Shown in pieces: positions 14,774 to 29,397 of a DNA stretch of 64,000 nucleotides; the first letter of the stretch is position 1; each line of letters begins with the position of its first letter. The stretch spans positions 62,001-126,000 of the forward strand of contig NW_021831850.1 of the NCBI RefSeq assembly GCF_006345805.1, written 5' to 3'. A program made the position numbers and the translations under genes. Origin of the DNA: Octopus sinensis. Lineage: Eukaryota. The notes below the pieces were generated by a model, which was not told where the DNA came from, made no database searches, and was given only the letters and a program-made list of their open reading frames with translations.

Positions 14774-15354
14774 CATCATTATTATTATTATCATAAACAT
14801 TATCATTATAATTATTATCATTATCATCATTATTATTATTGCCGTTATTATACTTATTATGATTATTATTATCATTATCTTTATTAGTATTATTATTAAT
14901 ATTATTAATAACAATAATATTATTATTATCATAAATATTGTCGTTATTATTACAATTATTATTGTTGTTATTATTATTATTAATATTACTATTATTATTA
15001 TTATTGTTATTTTTATTATGATTATTATTATTATTATTATCATTATTAATATAATTATTATTATCATTATTATCGTTATAATTATAAATATCATTATCGT
15101 TATCATTATTATTATCATCATCATTATTATTTTTATTAGTATTATTGTTTTTGTAATTATTACTATTATTATTGTTGTTGTTGTTCTTATTATTATTATC
15201 ATTACAATTCTTATTATTTCTGTTTTTTTATCGTTATTCTTATTATTCTTATTAATATTATTATTATAATTATTATATTATTATTATTATTATCGTTGTA
15301 AATATTATTATCATTATTATCATTACCATTAATATTTTTATATCTATTATCTTT

Positions 15355-15392
<38 letters not shown>

Positions 15393-15572
15393 TTTTACAT
15401 TATTATTATTTTTCTTCTTTTTACTATTATTATTGTTATTGTCATTATTATTGTTGTTGTTGTAGTTATTCTTATTATCATCATTATTATTTTCATTATT
15501 ATTATCATTATAATTATCATTATTATTATTATTATTACTATCATTATTATTACAAAATTATTAATATATTTA

Positions 15573-15614
<42 letters not shown>

Positions 15615-15689
15615 TATTATTATTATTATTATTGTTGTTATAATAATTATTAATATTTTTATTATTATTATGATTATTATTAATATTAA

Positions 15690-15723
<34 letters not shown>

Positions 15724-15801
15724 TTTATTAGTATTATTTATATAATCCTTATTATTTTTATTATTATTCATTATTATTAATATTATTAACAATTGATATT
15801 A

Positions 15802-15839
<38 letters not shown>

Positions 15840-15848
15840 ATTATTATA

Positions 15849-15886
<38 letters not shown>

Positions 15887-16230
15887 GATAATTATCATTC
15901 TTATTATAATTATTATTATTATTATTATTATATTTATTATCATTATCATTATTATTATCATCATTGTCATTATCGTTTTCATTATTATTATTATTATTAT
16001 TATTACTACTATTATCATTATTATTATTATTATTAATATTATTGTTATTGTTATTATTATTATCATTATTATCATTATTACTATTATTATCATTATCATT
16101 ATTAATATTAATATTATTATTCTTCGTATTATTATTATTATTATTATTATAAATATTAATGTCATTATTATCTTTATCTATATTATTATCATTATCATAA
16201 TTATTAGTATTCATAATTATTATTATTATA

Positions 16231-16262
<32 letters not shown>

Positions 16263-16695
16263 ATGTTTTATTTTTATTATCATTATCATTATCATAATCA
16301 TTATTATTATCCTTATTGTTGTTATCAATATCATTATTATTATTATTATTATTATTATGATCATTATCATTATTGTTATTATTATTAATATCACTTTTAT
16401 TATTTATGTTATTATTATTATAATTATTACTATTATTATTATTATCATTATCATTATTATTATTATCATTATCAGTATTTTTATTATTACCATTATTAAT
16501 ATTGTTTTTATTATTATTATTATTATTTTTATTGTTATCATTATGATTATTATTATTATTAATAATATTATTACAATATTATTATTATTATTATTATCAT
16601 TATTATTATTCTTATGATTATTATTATCGTTATCATTATTATTTTATTATTAATATTATTATCATTATGAATATTACTGTTATTGTTTTTAATAT

Positions 16696-16726
<31 letters not shown>

Positions 16727-17142
16727 ATTGTTATTATTATTATCATTGTGATTATTGTTTTGATTATTATTATTATCATTATCGTTATTATTATTATTAT
16801 TATTATTATCTTAATACCTTTATTACCATTTATATTATTATTACTATTTTATTATTATCATTATCATTATCATTGTTATTATTATTATTAATAATATTTT
16901 TATTGTTGTTATTCTTCTTCTTATTCTTATTATTATCATGATTATTAGTTTTATTAATATTATCATTATTATTATCAATATTAAGCCATTATTGTTATTA
17001 TCATTATAATTATATTATTATTATTATTAATATCGTTATTATGATCATTATCATTAATATTATTATTATTATCATTATTATTATTTTTGTTATCATTATT
17101 ATTATTACAATTACTATTATTATCATTATTATTATTATTATA

Positions 17143-17174
<32 letters not shown>

Positions 17175-17608
17175 ATGTTTTATTTTTATTATCATTATCA
17201 TTATCATAATCATTATTATTATCCTTATTGTTGTTATCATTATCATTATTATTATTATATTATTATTATTATGATCATTATCATTATTGTTATTATTATT
17301 AATATCACTTTTATTATTTATGTTATTATTATTATAATTATTACTATTATTATTATTATCATTATCATTATTATTATTATTATCATTATCAGTATTTTTA
17401 TTATTACCATTATTAATATTGTTTTTATTATTATTATTATTATTTTTATTGTTATCATTATGATTATTATTATTATTAATAATATTATTACAATATTATT
17501 ATTATTATTATCATTATTATTATTCTTATGATTATTATTATCGTTATCATTATTATTTTATTATTATTATTTTATTATTATTATTAATATTATTATTATT
17601 ATTTTTAA

Positions 17609-17642
<34 letters not shown>

Positions 17643-17845
17643 ATTGTTATTATTATTATCATTGTGATTATTGTTTTGATTATTATTATTATCATTATCG
17701 TTATTATTATTATTATTATTATTATCTTATTACCTTTATTACCATTTATATTATTATTACTATTTTATTATTATCATTATCATTATCATTGTTATTATTA
17801 TTATATATTATTATTATTTTTGTTATCATTATTATTATTCTTATG

Positions 17846-17877
<32 letters not shown>

Positions 17878-18791
17878 CATTATTATTATCAATATTAAGC
17901 CATTATTGTTATTATCATTATAATTATATTATTATTATTATTAATATCGTTATTATGATCATTATCATTAATATTATTATTATTATCATTATTATTATTT
18001 TTGTTATCATTATTATTATTACAATTATTAATATTATTTTCTTATTATTAGTATTATTATTATTAATATAATTATTAATATAATTATTATTATTATGATT
18101 ATTATGATTATTATTGTAATCATTATTTTTATTAATATTATTATCATTATGAATATTATTATTATGAATGTTAATAATATTGTTATGAATATTATTAATA
18201 TATTTATCATTATTATTATTATTATTATTATTACTTTTTTAATATTATTTATATTATTATTAATAATTTTCTATTATTATTATCATTATCATTATCATAA
18301 TTGTTATTTTTATTAATAAAATTTTTATTGTAGTCAGTATTGTTATGATTCTTCTTCTTATTTTTAGTATTATTATTATTAGTATTATGATTTTTGTTAA
18401 TATTATTATAATTATTTTTATTATTATTATTGTTATCATTATCATTATCATCATTATTCATATTATTATTATCATCATCATTATTATTATTATTAACATC
18501 ATTATCTTATTATTATCAACATTATCATTATCATAATTATTATTATTTTTTACTATTATTTTCCATTATCATTATCATTATCAATATTATCATTATTATT
18601 ATTATTATTAGTAATATTATTATTTTTATTAATATTATTATTATATTCATTATCAATATTATTATTATTAATATTATTATTATTATTAACATTTACGTTA
18701 TTATTATTATATTTATTATTATCCTTATTATTAATATTATTCTTATTAATATTATCATTATTATTATTATTAATATTATTATCATTATTAA

Positions 18792-18826
<35 letters not shown>

Positions 18827-18932
18827 CCATTATTATTATAGTTGCTGTTTTTATTATTATTATTATTATTATTATCATCATCATCATTATTATTAATATT
18901 ATTAATATTATTATTATCATTATTATTATTCA

Positions 18933-18972
<40 letters not shown>

Positions 18973-19005
18973 CATATTTAGTAGTATCATTATTATTATT
19001 ATTAT
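13050..19005. repeat. (CTT)n then degenerate (ATT/ATC)n array, with an internal ~0.91-kb tandem duplication (about 16.2-17.1 and 17.1-18.0 kb)
   Basis: Marker strings ATATGTTTTA (16261, 17173) and TTAAGCCATT (16981, 17895) recur at offsets of 912-914. Confidence 0.9.
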
Positions 19006-19055
19006 TAAACAATGATAAATATCAAAGTGAGTTATCTATAGTAGCGGTAACACAT

Positions 19056-19341
19056 CGTGACGTATATTTGCTTGGAAAAGTATAAGTATTTGTGAAGGAA
19101 ATTCTAATTCTCGGCGACAACTATGATTGTCACACGCTGACGAGAGGTCAATACCTCGAAACTCGAGTCCGTGTGTATCATAAGTTGAAGACGGGAAGGA
19201 TGACTTCCCTTTGCAAATACTGACAGGACACAGAAAGTGTGTCTATGACCAGCTGGAGGAGTGTGTCCTCCTGGGGCTAAAAACTACAGTAGCATCCACC
19301 TTTCGGGGTTAGCCATATTGAAATGGCAAATATACGTCACG
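19056..19341 (+). mobile_element. 286-bp non-coding element with 16-bp terminal inverted repeat and internal hammerhead
   Basis: CGTGACGTATATTTGC (19056-19071) and GCAAATATACGTCACG (19326-19341), with AT on both outer sides. Several internal hairpins. The 3' end abuts (ATT)n. Confidence 0.6.
19131..19175 (+). ncRNA. Type I hammerhead ribozyme (minimal, palindromic stem III)
   Basis: CACACG CTGACGA GAGGT-CAAT-ACCTC GAA ACTCGAGT C CGTGTG. Complete core, G10.1-C11.1 pair, GUC site (predicted cleavage after 19169). Stem I extends via ATGAT/ATCAT. Confidence 0.9.
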
Positions 19342-19383
19342 ATTATTATTATTATTTTTAATATTATTATTATTATTATTATA

Positions 19384-19422
<39 letters not shown>

Positions 19423-19425
<3 letters not shown>

Positions 19426-21440
19426 TAGTTTTATTTTTATAGAGTGCTTTCACTTCACTACCGAGCGCAGCTCTGTGTGCCTTGGGTATATGCTGTGATT
19501 TGTTGTGATGCTCTGATCGTTATTGTATGGAAAGTGTTCTGCGTAGGATGTGTGCAGTGCCTAATAGTGCAATTTTCTGTATGTTATATGTGTTTGTAAG
19601 TCCTGGTGTTTTTGTTATGTAGTTGTCTGAATATTTTTTTATCATGCCTAATGCACCTACTATGTTAGGAATTCTTTCTGTTTTTAGATTTCACAATCTG
19701 GTTACCTCTATTTCCAGGTCTTTGTATTTAGAAAGTTTCTCCATTTTTTTTAGAGACACGTTGTCATCTGCCGGTATTGATACATCAATTAGAAAGCATT
19801 TTTTTTCTTCATGATCTCCTACAACTATATCTGGTCTGTTGGCCTTAATTTCTCTATCTGTGTGTATCGGCATATCCCAGATTATGGTAGCTTTCTCGTT
19901 TTCTGCGACCTTTTCTGGTGTGTGCCTATACCATCTTTTTTCTGTTGTTATTCCATAATGTTGGCATAGCTTCCAGTGTATGTGGGTTACAACTCTGTCA
20001 TGTCTGTGAATATATTCCTTCTTAGCCAGGACTGGGCAGCCAGAGATAATATGATTTATTGTATCTTGTCCATCTCCACATATTCAGCAGTTACTTGTTA
20101 TATTTCTTTTCATTATATGCTTTTGGTAATTTCTGGTGGGGATGCTTTGGTCTTGTGCTGCAATTAAAAATCCCTCTGTTTCTGCTTTGAGTCCTGAGCT
20201 TCTCAGCCATTGCTGGGATTTTTCTTTGTCTATTTCTTTTGCGTTTAGTTTAGTCCAGTATTTGCCATGAAGGGGCTTTTCTGCCATCCTTTTATCATGG
20301 TTCTTTGCTGTTCTATTTTTAGTTTGGATTTCATTTGTTTTATAGTTTTCGTTGTTTCTTCATCTTATTTTTCTTCATATTTATTAGGTGGTATGATTTC
20401 TTGTTTGTATTTGTCAGCTTCCTTAAATACTGAGAACAGTGTTTTGTTTTGGTTGTGTTTTGCCGCTATTTGTATCAGTTTTCCTTCCTTCTGATGTAAA
20501 TATTTTTGCAGTCCTATGGTGGTTATCTTATAGTAGTTTTCCAGCTGTATAAGGCCTCTATCAGCTTCTATACGTTGTATAAATAGTCTTTCTATGTCAG
20601 ATTTTGGGTGATGCATCCTAGATCCTGTCAGTATTTTTCTTGTTTTCCTATCTATTTTGGACAGTTCATTTAGTGTCCAGTTAAGGATATTGTAGCTGTA
20701 ACTTATAACTGGGACAGCTAAAGTGTTGATACCTATTATCTTGTTTTAGCATTGAGCTCTGTTTTTAGTATTGATCTAACTCGTATATAATATTCTTTTT
20801 TTATTTTCTCTTTCATTTGTGTGTGTTGTGTCTTATCTAGTTCATGGATTCCTAAGTATTTGTAAGTTTGGCTTTGGTCTAATTCTTTTATTTCATTGGT
20901 TTTATCTAGTGTGATGTTGTTACTCTTAACTAGTTTTCCTCTTTTCAGGGTTACTTTGGCGCATTTTTCTAATCCAAATTTCATATCTATTTCTTTGGTA
21001 AGTCCATGAACTGTCTTTAATAGTGTTTCCAGCTGTTTGTCATTTGCAGCGTATAGTTTTAGGTCATCCATATATAAAAGGTGGCTGATCGTTTTGCCGT
21101 AACATTTATACCCGCATCCAGTTCTATTTAGCATATCAGATAGAGGTGACAGTGCCAAGCAGAAAAGGAGTGGAGAGAGCGTGTCTCCCTGGAATATTCC
21201 TCTTCTAATGGGGATGTCTTTGGTTTTCATGACTCCCTCTTTTGTTTGGAGGTGTAGGACTGTTTGCCATTTATTCATAGAGTGCTCTATGAATTTTATG
21301 ATTGTTGGTGCTACTTTGTTAATGGCTAGTGTTTCGAGGATCCATGAGTGGGGAATGCTATCAAACGCCTTTTTGTAGTCAATCCAGGCAATACTGAGGC
21401 CTTTCTTCTTTCTGTGGCTGTCTTCAGTTACGGCTTTATT
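19423..21440 (-). mobile_element. R4/Dong LINE, 5'-truncated (RT, CCHC region and RLE), frameshifted
   Basis: WIDYKKAFDSIPHSW, GIFQGDTLSPLLF, HLLYMDDLKLY, PLHGKY..WL..SGLKAETEGFLIAAQDQ and RPDIVV..LIDVS motifs. (AAT)n on both flanks. Confidence 0.9.
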
Positions 21441-21486
21441 TTCATTCTTCTTCTTCTTCTTCTTATTATTATTATTATTATTATTA

Positions 21487-24400
21487 CTTTTTTTTTTCTT
21501 CTTTCAAATTTGCTTCCATTACTTGCCGAGTGTCTTCCCGACTCCTAGGGCAAAGAAACTCATAGTATACATCGGTAGGCCATTACACCAAACTCAATAG
21601 TTCGTTCATTTTTTTTTTTTAGATTAAGTTAAAATACATGAGCAGCAACACTTCTCACATCGACAATGCTCTTCTCAATACATGTGATGTACCAGTTAAG
21701 ACGATCTTTTACACTTCTTGCAGGGATGGTAAGCCAGAGATCATTATAATATAATTTTCGGTTCCCTTCTTGATCATTCCTAGTGCTCCTACGATCACTG
21801 GTATTGTAACCGCCTTGAGATGCCACATTTTCTCAATTTCAATGAGTAGGTCTTTATATTTTCTGAGCTTGTCAAACTCTTTCGCTGAGATATTATGATC
21901 ACAGGGGATGCTCATGTCGATCAATAAGCAAACTTTATTGTTTTGGTCTTTCACAACAATATCTGGTTTATTGGCCTTCATGGTTCGGTCTGTATGTACT
22001 GGAAAGTCCCACAGAATGGTTACATTTTCTCCTTCAGTTACAGCCTCAGGGTGGTGATTATACCACTTGTCGGCAGTTTTGATATTGTAATGCCGACTTA
22101 TTAGCCAGTGGAGATATTGGCCAACTCTGTCATGTCTTAATTTATACTCCACTGGTGCTAAGACTTTACATCCAGAGATTAGATGGTCCACTGTTTCAAT
22201 CATGTCGTTGCAGAATCGGCATTTTGGGTCTGCTCCATTTTTCATCACATTGGCCTGGTAGTTCCGGGTTAATAGGCTTTGATCTTGAGCAGCCAGGATG
22301 AAACCTTCGCTCTCTGCTTTTAGCCCTGAGCTCCGTAGCCACTGATGGGTTTGCTTCTGGTCAACATCAGCTTGTTTGCTGCGGGTCACATATTTGCCGT
22401 GCAGAGGTTTCTCCTCCCACCTATCAGCCAATTGCCCGTGCGCTTTTTTCGTTGCCATCATTTTCACCTTCTTTGCAACAATAGTTGCCGTACTTCCCTC
22501 GGGTTGTTCAGTTTGGGTATCCTGCACGAGATCAATAGCAAATTTTTTGCTTTCCTTTATGATATAATGAAGCTTCTTTCGCCTCTCGTGATTTTCCACG
22601 AGCTTTAGCATCCAGTCATTCGATATTTCGAGATATTTGGCCAGTCCAATGGTGGTTATTTTGTAAGCTAGTTCAAATTGGATCAGGCCTCGACCTCCTT
22701 GGGCTCTGGGAAGGTAAAGGCGATCTACGTCTGCCTTTGGGTGGTGCATCCTATTACAACTCAGCAGCTTGCGTATTTTCCTATCTATATTCTTTACTTC
22801 ACTCATATTCCAGTTAAACACATTGTAGCTATAAGTAACAACTGGAACTGCTAAAGAATTTATAGCTAACACCTTGTTACGTGCATTTAGTTCAGATTTC
22901 AGGACTGCACGAACTCTCCTATAACATTCCTTCCTGATTTTCTCTTTCATGCTTGCATGCTGAATACCAGAGCCTTCATTTATCCCTAAATATTTGTATG
23001 TTTGTTCTTGCTCAAGCTCTCTTATGACTGTGTCAACATCTAACACGACTGAATTTGTGGTCTTCACTTTCCCTTTCTGGAAAGTGGCCTTGGCACACTT
23101 CTCAAGTCCAAACTCCATCCCGATGTCATCGCTGAATGCTTTCACAGTGCGCAATAGGCCTTCAAGTTCATTATTGTCTTTACCATAAAGTTTTAAGTCA
23201 TCCATATAAAATAGATGGCTTATTTTTTTATTGGCAATTTTATACCCATACCCTGTTCTGTTTAATTCACTTGTAAGGGGTATTAGGGCTATGCAGAATA
23301 TTAAAGGTGAAAGTGAGTCACCTTGAAAAATTCCACAGTTGATGTTTATATTTTCTGAGGCAAGTACTCCATTAGAGTGGTATAATTGGAGATTCGTATT
23401 CTACAATGACATATTGTGCTTCAGGAAGTTTGAAATCACGGGGGAAATTTTGAAGATGTCCAGCGATCTCAAGATCCATGGATGCGGTATACTGTCGAAG
23501 GCCTTTTTATAATCAATCCATGCGGTGCTGAGATTTCTGCGCTTGTTGTGACAGTTCTCAAGGATCATACGATTGATTAGCAGTTGATCTTTGTATCCGT
23601 AAGAGCCTCGGCGGCACCCTTTTTGTTCAATGGGGAAAATATCGTTCTTCTCCATGAATGCATATGTTTTCTCCGCCAGGATAGATGTTAGGATTTTATA
23701 CGTGGTGGATAGACAGGTTATAGGCCGATAGTTTTTTGGAGGGTTGGTTTCGTTATTCTTTGGGAGTAGGTAAGTAATGCCACTTGCTAACCATTCAGGT
23801 GTTTTCTTTGGGTCTCTCATAATTCCATTGAGCAGCTGAACTAGCCTACCGTGTGCGCATGGGAGCGATGCGAGCCAGAAATTCGGCACCTTATCTTTAC
23901 CGGGGGATTTCCAATTGTGGGCCTTCGTGAGTGCTTTTCTTAGGTCTGCTATTGTGATGTCTTCCCTTGCTTGTTGTTGTAAATTTTGGTAGGATCCTTC
24001 AGTTTGTATAATCCAGTCTGCATTTATGTTGTACGTCGTCTTGTCACTCCAAATCCTTTTCCAAAAGTTTTGAACTTCTTCCATGGGAGGGGGGTCTTTA
24101 ACGGTTACTTTCTCCTTCCCTATTTCTCTGTAGAATTTTTTGGCATTGGATGTGAACAGCTTATTTTGCTTGTAAAACTTGTTTCTCTTCTCAAATCTTC
24201 GTATTCTTTGGGCTTTTGCTTGGACTTTTTGTTTCAGCGTTTCTTTTATTGATATCAGTTCTTCTCTTGGTGAGGATCCAAATTTTCTCTTCATCTTTCT
24301 TCCTGTTCTGGATCTTACATCATTTCCACATATTAGTTCATTTAATATTGATATTTCCCCTCTCATAAATTCGATCTCTTTTTCAATTTTACTTCTCCAG

Positions 24401-25345
24401 GTTTGATTTCTTCCCAGGTTTTGTTTTCTTTGTTTTTTCGGGGGCATACAGCTGGTTTCAATTGCCCTAGCAGAAGCGTAAATAATTTCATTTAACTCAG
24501 TAAAATCAGGTTTTAATTCTCGTATTATTTCATTTGTTACATAGTTGCCAATTTGGATTTATTTTTTTATTTTGTTTTGTATTTGAGAGTTTATGAAGTG
24601 GTTCTCTATCATTCATACTTGTATGTCTTACAACTTCAAGCGTATTCAGGATTTTCTGCCTCATTTCTGCCATAGACTCTCTGTGTTCTTCAGCAAATGC
24701 GAGATCTTCAGTTACTGTTGTTTTTTCGTTTTCCTGGCTATCTTTAACAGGTACAATAGAATTTCTTGTATCTTCAGGCCGTTGCGTACTTTGGTCAGAT
24801 GGCAGTCTTTCAATTGAGCCTCGTGGCGGGCTATACTGTTCATCTGATTCTTCATTTCCTTTGTGTCATATTTATGTCATTTTCCGTTGCGTGCTTGATC
24901 GCGCTTATTTCACTGTCTGTGAGTCTTTTATTTCTAAGGATATCCCTCCTCACATTTGCTAATTTGTTCTCGTCCAAATAGGGCCTACTGTCTTGATTCC
25001 GTGTTCTCCATATACTGTAAGAGTTTGCGGTGTGTCTCTCTTGAGATGGCCTACCTAATGCATAGTAATAAGCGTATATTACTTCTTTATACTCTTCTCG
25101 GGTCCATTTGTTCCGCTTACATTTTTCTTTCTGTGGTGGTTGTGGTGGTGAACTTGGAGGGCTCGAGTTGGGGGATTTCCCGTTCAAGTGACCATCCATG
25201 TCCGTATTCGGAGAAGAGTTTGTGCCAGTTGATGACTTTTCGATCCCAGGCTGACTCTTCCCTGGGGGACGCGCTTCCAGATTAACCATAGGACAAGCGA
25301 TTTGGTATACTGATTTAGTTTTCCGTTTAGTTTCCAAAAACATTT
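21487..25345 (-). mobile_element. R4/Dong LINE, near full-length ORF broken by frameshifts and stops
   Basis: ORF pieces 24852-25343, 23401-24447 and 21709-23205 give the N-terminal domain, RT (NYRPITCL, AWIDYKKAFDS, YMDDLKLY), CRFC...H..SGC..H zinc knuckle and KPDIVV...LIDMS RLE. Confidence 0.92.
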
Positions 25346-25934
25346 TGGTGCTACGATAATGTTATCATTTTTTAGCTTTGATTGGCTCGTGGGGAGACGG
25401 CCATCATTGCCGTTACAATTATAATCGTACCATTATAGCAGCCGTAGTCGGCTTATTATTGTTATCATCACCATTACTATCGCTATCATCATTATCACCA
25501 CCATTACCATCATCGTTATCATCATCATCATCACCATCACCATCATCATCATCAATGATATTGTTTTATGTGTAGTCACAGCAGTATCTTATTATTGTTA
25601 TTTTTGTTTTTTTATCATTATCACCATCACAGTAGTGTCTGTATGTCTCGTTGGCTGGCTTGGTGGTTGGCTGGCTGACTGTCTTCAACGCCAGAGTTCT
25701 TGCCTGTCAAATAATACTTTCATATTTGGTTAACAATAAAACGGAGGTGAGGTTTGTGTTGGTTGAACTCTTTGAGTGTGTGTGTGTAGATAGATAGATA
25801 GATTATCAGCACTATTACTATCATTATTATCATCATCACCATCAGTGATATTTTTTTCTTTTTTTAGGTGGGGTCCTGTCGGTCAAAAAAAGTTCAGATG
25901 TTTACTACTATTAGGCTTAAGAAAAATTAAGGAA

Positions 25935-27270
25935 GGGATGTTCTGTATTGTTTGTGAATAGAGAAGTTGTGTTCGACCAGAGAGAATCTTAGCATCATCA
26001 TTTTTTTTTCCATGTGCGTTTGTGTTATTGCAATAAAAAGTGTTTGTATATTTCGTGTAAGGTAATATTGTGGAGGTTGAAGTTGACCCCTCTAGAGATG
26101 TTTGTATGTCCAGTTAGAAGAACAGGTGTGTTTTTACAATAAAAAGTATATGTTTACATTTATATTTGAATATTCAGGGAGGAAGCAAAGAAAAGTCAGA
26201 TTTTCATAGAAAGTTTTAGGGTTTGCAAGTCCACAAAAAGAAAAGCGTGATGTTTTTAGAGAGAGAAAAAAAAAGGATGTTTACAGAGGCAATTGTGGGT
26301 ATCAAAGTTTTTAAAGCTGGTCGAATGTATGATTGAAAACTGTAGATATGTAAATTTGTAAATTTTCTTAACTTATTTTGAAGGGCTGTTCTATATTATT
26401 TGTGAATAGAAAAGCTGTGTTCGACCAGAGAGAATCTTAGCATCATTATTTTTTCCATGTGCGTTTGTGTTATTGCAATAAAAAGTGTTTGTATATTTCG
26501 TGCAAGGTAATATTGTGGAGGTTGAAGTTGACCCCTCTAGAGATGTTTGTATGTCCAGTTAGAAGAACAGGTGTGTTTTTGCAATAAAAAGTATATGTTT
26601 ACATTTATATTTGAATAATCTGGGAGGAAGCAAAGAAAAGTCAGATTTTCATAGAAAGTTTTAGGGTTTGCAAGTCCACAAAAAGAAAAGCGTGATGTTT
26701 TTAGAGAGAGAAAAAAAAGGATGTTTACAGAGGCAATTGTGGGTATCAAAGTTTTTAAAGCTGGTCGAATGTATGATTGAAAACTGTAGATATGTAAATT
26801 TGTAAATTTTCTTAACTTATTTTGAAGGGCTGTTCTATATTATTTGTGAATAGAAAAGCTGTGTTCGACCAGAGAGAATCTTAGCATCATTATTTTTTCC
26901 ATGTGCGTTTGTGTTATTGCAATAAAAAGTGTTTGTATATTTCGTGCAAGGTAATATTGTGGAGGTTGAAGTTGACCCCTCTAGAGATGTTTGTATGTCC
27001 AGTTAGAAGAACAGGTGTGTTTTTGCAATAAAAAGTATATGTTTACATTTATATTTGAATAATCTGGGAGGAAGCAAAGAAAAGTCAGATTTTCATAGAA
27101 AGTTTTAGGGTTTTGCAAGTCCACAAAAAGAAAAGCGTGATGTTTTTAGAGAGAAGAAGAAAAAAAGGGTGATTACAGAGGCAGTTGTGGGTATTAAAGT
27201 TTTTAAAGCCGATCGGATGTACGTTTGAAAGCTGCAGATATGTAAATTTGTAAATTTCTTATCCCACTTT
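25935..27270. repeat. ~445-bp tandem repeat, about 3 copies
   Basis: GTTCGACCAGAGAGAATCTTAGC at 25971, 26419 and 26863. Confidence 0.85.
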
Positions 27271-27439
27271 GAAGAGAATTTCAAATACTAACAAGATATT
27301 GTAGATGTTCCTGTCTTTGAGAGTTATTTTTCACAGTTGCTAAACTGGCCCATATTAGTGTTTCTATGGCTTTCGGCCACCGAACTGTCAGAGTAGTGAG
27401 GAACACGTCCAGCCGCTGTCAAGGCTGGCGCTCAATTTC

Positions 27440-27565
27440 TTCTTCTTCTTCTTCTTCTTCTTCTTCTTCTTCTTCTTCTTCTTCTTCTTCTTCTTCTCTT
27501 CTTCTTCTTCTTATTATTATTATTATTATTATATTATTATTATTTATTATTATTATTATTATCAT

Positions 27566-27597
<32 letters not shown>

Positions 27598-27842
27598 ATT
27601 ATTATTATTATTATATTATTATTATTATTATTATTATTATTATCATTTATATTATTATTATTATTATTATTAACATTATTATTATTAACATTATCATTAT
27701 CATTAAAATTATCATTATGAATATTATTATTATTATAATTATTATTAATATTATAACTAATATTATTAATATTCTTCTTCTTATTATTATCATTATTAAT
27801 ATTATTATCATTATTATTATTATTATCATATTATTATTATTA

Positions 27843-27891
<49 letters not shown>

Positions 27892-28317
27892 CATATTATT
27901 ATTATTATCATTATTATTATTATTATATTATTATCATTATTAATATTATTATCATTAATTATATTATTATTAAGATTATTATTATTATTAATATTATTAT
28001 TTTATTATTATCATTAGCATTATCATTATATTATATTATTATTATTATTAAAAATATTATTATTATTAATATAATAATTGTTATTATGATTATTATTATT
28101 ATTATTATTAATATGATTATTATAATTCAATTAGTATGATTATTATTATCATTTTCATTGTTATTATTATTATTTATATTATTATCATTAATTATATTAT
28201 TATTGTTCTTAATATCATTTTGATTATTATTATGATTATCATTATTGTTATTATCATTATTATTATCGTTATCATTATCTTTATTATTATTATCCTTATT
28301 ATTATTAATATAATCCA

Positions 28318-28350
<33 letters not shown>

Positions 28351-28995
28351 AGTCAATACTATTACTATTATTATTATTATTATTATTATTATTTTTATAA
28401 TTACCATTATTATTATTATTATTATAATTATTATCCTTTTGATTATTATTATGATTATTATTATTATCATTATTATTATTATCATTATCATTTTCTTTAT
28501 TATTATTATTATTATTATTATTATTGTTATTATTATTATTATTATTATTATTAAGATTATTATTATTATTATTATTAAGATTATCATTATTTTTATTATT
28601 ATTTTAATCATAATTATTATTATTGTTATTATTAATACTGTTAATATTATTATTATTATTATTACCATTATCATTATTCTTATTATTATTATCATCATCA
28701 CTACCATTATTATTACTAATTTTTATATTATTATTATTAATATTATTATTATTATCATTATTATGATCACTATCATTATTATAATTATTATTATTATCAT
28801 TATAATAATTATTAATGTTATTATTATTGTTGTTATTATTCTTATTATCATTATTATTATTATCATTATAATTGTTATTATTATTATTATGAATATTCTT
28901 CTTATTATTATTATTATTACTACGATCATTATTATTATTATTATGATTATTATTATTAATATTATCATTATTAATGTTATTTTTATTATTATTAC
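27440..28995. repeat. (CTT)n then degenerate (ATT)n array
   Basis: Directly visible. Shares diagnostic variant strings with 31.1-32.9 kb. Confidence 0.9.
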
Positions 28996-29004
28996 TCTCT
29001 CTCT

Positions 29005-29215
29005 CTCTTTTACTCTTTTACTTGTTTCAGTCATTTGACTGCGGTCTTGCTGGAGCACCGCCTTTAGTTGAGCAAATCGACCCCGGGATTCATTCTTTGT
29101 AAGCCGAGTTCTCATTCTATCGGTCTCTTTTTGCCGAACCGCTAAGTGCCGGGGACGTAAACACACCAGCAACGGTTGTCAAGCAATGCTAGGGGGACAA
29201 ACACAGACACACAAA
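29005..29215 (-). mobile_element. SINE 3' portion with LINE-like tail and (AAGAGTAA)n end
   Basis: Minus strand ...GGCGGTGCTCCAGCAAGACCGCAGTCAAATGACTGAAAC(AAGTAAAAGAG). Same family as 37706-37860. Confidence 0.7.
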
Positions 29216-29242
29216 CACACACACACACATACATACATATAC

Positions 29243-29275
<33 letters not shown>

Positions 29276-29397
29276 ACAATCAAGGAACGGCCATAATAGG
29301 CCATTCACCCACTAGAAATAACAGCCAAAAAGCTTCAACCGCAAAATAACATTAATTCTGTAAACCAGGAGAAAATTAAAAAAACATTTACCCTGAA

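Noticed and set aside
2637-18990. Many long ORFs (poly-I/N/L/T/V/S); likewise the YI/HT/VC-rich ORFs at 45-51 kb
   Set aside because: These are translation artefacts of tri- and dinucleotide repeats that lack stops in some frames.
27350-27445. Possible HDV-like ribozyme at a putative Dong 5' end (TCCTCACT resembles the HDV L3 loop on the minus strand)
   Set aside because: I could not build consistent P1, P2 and J4/2 pairings by hand. It needs a descriptor search.
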